From a virus (lineage: Duplodnaviria; Caudoviricetes), in the IMG/VR virus record IMGVR_UViG_3300032312_000921, positions 1 through 37,959 of that record: 37,959 nucleotides of DNA, one strand, 5' to 3'. A program made the translations under genes and the position numbers. The stretch's first letter is position 1. Every line of letters starts with the position of its first letter. Shown here piece by piece: positions 34,428 through 37,959 of the stretch. Under the pieces are notes generated by a model. That model ran no database searches, had not been told where the DNA came from, and saw nothing but the letters and a program-made list of their open reading frames with translations.

Positions 34428-34974
34428 GACTCAGGTAGAGCAAGTCAAGTTCGAAATCGTTTACGACCCCATTGCGGAGGCCTGTTTCAATGGACTGCAA
34501 CTGGATGGTGAGCGTCATCGGATCCTGCCCGACAACGACTTCATTCTTTGGATGCGACGACACTACGGTCGCAAGTACCTGTTTGAATACGAGCACCTGG
34601 AAACCGGCAACCTCGTGCTTGCTGAATGGATCTATCCACCCGTGTACGCACAGGAGCTCGAATCCTACCACCCAGACAGTCGACCAGGACGAGTCTACTT
34701 AGACTCCAGAATGGTCACGGTTGACAAGATGGTTGATCGTGCGAAGAAGAATCTTCGTAAGGCCGCCGACCTGAAGCGAGAAATTTCAGAGGCGCGTGAC
34801 GATGTCCGCAAGCGCGCCAGTGCTCGCTTTAGGAAGTTGGGCATGGACCTTCAGGCGGTCAACATGGAAATGGGCATGACGCCTGTTCAGGCTGAGATGG
34901 AAGACCCAGAGGGCTTTGGTCAGGTGACCGAAGACCTCCAACGCATGGCACGAGGAAGGAAGATCTATGGATGA
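34405..34974 (+). CDS. Hypothetical protein
   Basis: 189 aa; AAGGT RBS. Confidence 0.8.
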   Translation: MEQQPVDETQVEQVKFEIVYDPIAEACFNGLQLDGERHRILPDNDFILWMRRHYGRKYLFEYEHLETGNLVLAEWIYPPVYAQELESYHPDSRPGRVYLDSRMVTVDKMVDRAKKNLRKAADLKREISEARDDVRKRASARFRKLGMDLQAVNMEMGMTPVQAEMEDPEGFGQVTEDLQRMARGRKIYG

Positions 34975-35242
34975 AGAACGCAAGACCAATGAGACACTCC
35001 TCGCAGATGGATTTGAGGATGCTTTCTTGGGCTATGCGTGGGCAGCCAATCGGCCGCCTCTTGCCATCTATGATCGGAAGAAGGCACAAAAGATTCTGGT
35101 AAGCGTGGCAGGCATGACCGCTGATGAAGCGGACGAATACCTGCAGTTCAACGTGGAATCTGACTGGCAGGGTGAGGGGACTCCACTCTTCCTAAACCGG
35201 TGTACCATGGAACAATTCATTAAGTGGAGCCAATCGGACTAA
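34967..35242 (+). CDS. Conserved small phage protein
   Basis: LADGFEDAFLG...AIYD...EADEY..FNV....G..TP.F pattern. Confidence 0.8.
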   Translation: MDEERKTNETLLADGFEDAFLGYAWAANRPPLAIYDRKKAQKILVSVAGMTADEADEYLQFNVESDWQGEGTPLFLNRCTMEQFIKWSQSD

Positions 35243-35245
35243 CCC

Positions 35246-36151
35246 ATGGATAGCAGCGAATCATTCCTGAAGACAACCGTTGAACGCGTTCGTGCCTACT
35301 TGGACGACTCGGACTTCGATGCCAAGTACAACGACGCCTACCTGGTGTCGCATGTCATCATGCCATCTATGGTGGATGTGCAGTCCCGCCTGGCACTGAA
35401 CGCATCAAATAATGTGCTCCTTCGGTTCAACCTGTCTCTCGTTGCCAATCAGGAGTCCTACGTTCTTCCACCCTGTGTAGGCGAGATCCTACGCGTGGTG
35501 AAGTACAACGATCCCAATGATGGAACGGTGGCCACTGAGTGGCGTCCTCGTAACCACTTCTCGCTGGGGGGACCGGTTTGGATCCTTGAAGGCAGCATGA
35601 TTTCCTTCAGGCCATTCCCGACACAGAATGAAGACATCGTCATTGAGTATTCCTCCAATGGCGACATGCGTCCACACTACCTCCTCTGGCCAGGTGGAAC
35701 TGACGCAAATAACAACAGGCTGGTCACAACAAGTACTTTCAAGTTTGCAGAAACACCGACACTTGGATTACGAGATAAGCGTCCGCACGCCTATGCAGGT
35801 CAGACCCTTCGTCTTTATGGCTCGGTCTACCAGGAAGAACGCATCATCTCTTCTTACGATGTTGCCACCAGAACCGCGACCGTGAGTCGACCTTTTACTC
35901 TAGCTGCTTCTACCAACTACAGCTACGAGGTGTGTCCCCCCAACAGCCAGGCTTACGTCGAGGCGGTGACCCTCGCGTCGGCCATCAAGCTGGGTACGTG
36001 GCGCAAGGTCTCCCAGTCTCATCACGCTCTGCTGGTTGAGCAGTACCGCATGGCCATCAAGACCATCACTGACAACCTGTCCAACATGCAGGCACGCACC
36101 GGAAAGAGTTGGACAAAGGACACGCCGGACAACCCCGACTGGCGTCCATGA
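35246..36151 (+). CDS. Putative head-tail adaptor / connector
   Basis: RVRAYLDD, LVANQESYVLP, I.FRPFP and C-terminal helices typical of adaptor proteins. Confidence 0.65.
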   Translation: MDSSESFLKTTVERVRAYLDDSDFDAKYNDAYLVSHVIMPSMVDVQSRLALNASNNVLLRFNLSLVANQESYVLPPCVGEILRVVKYNDPNDGTVATEWRPRNHFSLGGPVWILEGSMISFRPFPTQNEDIVIEYSSNGDMRPHYLLWPGGTDANNNRLVTTSTFKFAETPTLGLRDKRPHAYAGQTLRLYGSVYQEERIISSYDVATRTATVSRPFTLAASTNYSYEVCPPNSQAYVEAVTLASAIKLGTWRKVSQSHHALLVEQYRMAIKTITDNLSNMQARTGKSWTKDTPDNPDWRP

Positions 36152-36639
36152 GTTTCACCGACCCCACTACAAGCGCTACGCTGGGCCAGCGTCGCATGAA
36201 TGGCTGGGGTCAAGCCATGGCATTCCCTGGACCTCCTCCAATGACCATCGAGGATCCAGGCGATATCGCGCGAGAGTCAAGCATCAACGTGCAGGGCGCA
36301 AACATTCGCACCCCTGACATGTTGAATGCTTTCAACATGAGCTACAGCCCGTCGCTCAACTCACCAGTCTTTACTTACCAAAACAATCCCTCCAACACTT
36401 TCTATGGTCTGCAGACCGCCATGTATGACATGGGCTTGCAGAGCACCACCAATCAGGTGGGCACCATCCAGCAGGTCATTGACCAGGGCATCGACTCCAC
36501 GGTGACCGTCATCACCGGCGCATCCCTTGTTACTGGCTACTTGCGATTCACTACTACTACCCTGACGTTTACCAACGGCATCCTGTCTGCAAGCGCGGCT
36601 GGCAGCAACATCGACATCGCCACGGCAACCTGTACCTAA
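36148..36639 (+). CDS. Putative virion structural protein
   Basis: ATGA overlap; Thr-rich beta C-terminus (TLTFTNGIL). Confidence 0.7.
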   Translation: MSFTDPTTSATLGQRRMNGWGQAMAFPGPPPMTIEDPGDIARESSINVQGANIRTPDMLNAFNMSYSPSLNSPVFTYQNNPSNTFYGLQTAMYDMGLQSTTNQVGTIQQVIDQGIDSTVTVITGASLVTGYLRFTTTTLTFTNGILSASAAGSNIDIATATCT

Positions 36640-36642
36640 GTC

Positions 36643-37362
36643 ATGCCCCTCTACCTCAAGGCAGGAACATCCTCCCTCCTTCGAGTAGGAAGCACCCTTG
36701 CGGCCAACTCTGCTTGCTGCTGCGCGACTGGATGCGTTTGCACATGTCAGCCATCAACAGTTAGCTTTACTGCTAGTGCAGTTAGCTTCTACATACGCTG
36801 TTGTAATTGTGTCGATGGTGTCGCTACTGATTGGGCTTACCTTACCATACCTGCAATGAGTGGCGTTACGGCTTACAAGTGCTGTGACGTGTCGAGTTCA
36901 GGTGGAGAGGGTATCTTTTACGCTTCAAACCCGGTTCTCCTTGGTACTTTTAATTTGCTTGATAGTAGTGAAATATTCTGCTCCAATGCAAAGTTGACAA
37001 CCATTTACGCCTTTATTGGTATTCAAACTCTTGGCTGTGAAAGCGGTTATTGGCAGGCTCAAGTACGTCTTTTTGGATACTACGGCACAGGTGAGTGTAG
37101 TTCAGTTCTGATCGACCTTGATAGGTCTATTGACCCATGTAGCCTTACGGGCATCAATAGTTGTTTGTTAGCCTGCTATAGCGGTGTGGGTGGAGCTGGC
37201 AGCGGCATATCAATAAGTGATAGCCGATCAGGAAACTTTTGCTCGCCAACAGGAACATACGAATTCAATGAAGTTGGTCCATTGGCACCCCCTATAGTCG
37301 CAAGTGCACTTGATTGTGGTACGTCGCATGACGAAGTCTATTGGACTTTGACTGTCTCATGA
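36643..37362 (+). CDS. Cys-rich low-GC protein, putative tail/adhesion component
   Basis: 239 aa, about 19 Cys including CCC..CVCTC; T-ending codons. Confidence 0.75.
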   Translation: MPLYLKAGTSSLLRVGSTLAANSACCCATGCVCTCQPSTVSFTASAVSFYIRCCNCVDGVATDWAYLTIPAMSGVTAYKCCDVSSSGGEGIFYASNPVLLGTFNLLDSSEIFCSNAKLTTIYAFIGIQTLGCESGYWQAQVRLFGYYGTGECSSVLIDLDRSIDPCSLTGINSCLLACYSGVGGAGSGISISDSRSGNFCSPTGTYEFNEVGPLAPPIVASALDCGTSHDEVYWTLTVS

Positions 37363-37706
37363 TTGACTGCAATCAATGGTCTGACTGCGGAGTAACTAGT
37401 GGCGGGTGCTGCGCTGCAGGCCACTATGGGGGCCAACCTAGCCTCGGCGTGTGCGGCCAGTGTCTCCACAAGAACATGGTGGGACAAGTGGTTCCCCTAA
37501 TGCACAAGGGCATTGCGCACTACGCGGCTGGCGCGGTCAAGGCTGTACAGGCCATGACATACCCTGAGAGTGATGTGTCAAAGGCGAGGCTGGTGGTGTG
37601 CTCGATGTGTGACCAGTGGACCGGCCGTAGCTGCAAGCAGTGCGGGTGTTTTACGGCTTTGAAGGTCAGACTTCCGGAAGAGAAGTGCCCACTAGGGAAG
37701 TGGTGA
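37359..37706 (+). CDS. Cys-rich metal-binding protein (DUF6171-like C-terminus)
   Basis: RL..CSMC...CKQCGCF...K......CPLGKW; ATGA overlap. Confidence 0.8.
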   Translation: MIDCNQWSDCGVTSGGCCAAGHYGGQPSLGVCGQCLHKNMVGQVVPLMHKGIAHYAAGAVKAVQAMTYPESDVSKARLVVCSMCDQWTGRSCKQCGCFTALKVRLPEEKCPLGKW

Positions 37707-37750
37707 TATACTTTGCGGGTCCCCCCACGTCGGGGGGTTAGGAGAAACAA

Positions 37751-37870
37751 ATGGACGCATTCATCGGTAGCATCTGGTTTGGTGTCATGCTCTTTGCCTT
37801 TGGTTACATCGGTGGCAACATCCTGCCCCTTGGCAAGATCTCGTCGTGGATCTCCGACAAGCTTGGCTGA
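37751..37870 (+). CDS. 39-aa membrane peptide (holin-like candidate), absent from the ORF track
   Basis: AGGAG RBS; MDAFIGSIWFGVMLFAFGYIGGNILPLGKISSWISDKLG. Confidence 0.7.
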   Translation: MDAFIGSIWFGVMLFAFGYIGGNILPLGKISSWISDKLG

Positions 37871-37959
37871 TCCTTTCGGTCACTCTGGTTCTAGGGTGTT
37901 CGGCCTCCCAGCACATCGCTGAGGAGGCCAACACCATTTCGGCGAGTGCTGAAAACATC
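37846..37959 (+). CDS. Partial putative lipoprotein (spanin-like), runs off the window
   Basis: GTG start; DLRQAWLILSVTLVLG-CSASQ contains a hydrophobic stretch and a lipobox-like VLGC. Confidence 0.55.
   Translation, partial: MDLRQAWLILSVTLVLGCSASQHIAEEANTISASAENI

Larger units (their letters stand above)
1..37959. mobile_element. Tailed bacteriophage genome segment (Caudoviricetes); no integrase or host genes visible
   Basis: Terminase-portal-scaffold-capsid block on the + strand; phage-type replication and early genes on the - strand; dense ATGA-type gene overlaps. Confidence 0.95.

Noticed and set aside
1-37959. Stop-codon reassignment, diversity-generating retroelement, tRNA genes, integrase
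   Set aside because: TAA, TAG and TGA all end genes and conserved genes are intact in the standard code; no reverse transcriptase, long near-identical repeat pair, cloverleaf or recombinase motif was noticed.

Overview
About 38 kb of a tailed dsDNA bacteriophage genome with two divergent arms. The minus-strand arm (337-21467) holds replication and early genes: a vWA/AAA+ (CobT/CobS-like) pair, SSB-like proteins, an AAA_24/Sak4-like ATPase, a PD-(D/E)xK nuclease, an ERCC4 nuclease, a family A DNA polymerase, a uracil-DNA glycosylase, about 15 small early genes and an SF3/D5-like helicase. A low-GC head-spike/fibre cassette sits inside this arm. The plus-strand arm (21562-end) holds terminase, portal, scaffold, major capsid, a metallophosphoesterase, small basic proteins, an adaptor, Cys-rich proteins and membrane/lipoprotein genes. 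The most striking feature is a complete 129-aa gene with its own ribosome-binding site (11538-11927) nested in another frame inside the DNA polymerase gene. The polymerase frame stays open across it as a ~130-aa Ser/Thr-rich insert. Also notable are non-canonical polymerase and UDG active-site motifs, a repeated hairpin + AGGAGACACAC leader architecture in the early genes, and a ~170-nt nested stem-loop beside an iteron-like origin. Strand composition inverts at that origin and no primase is recognisable. All calls come from reading motifs by eye; no searches were run.
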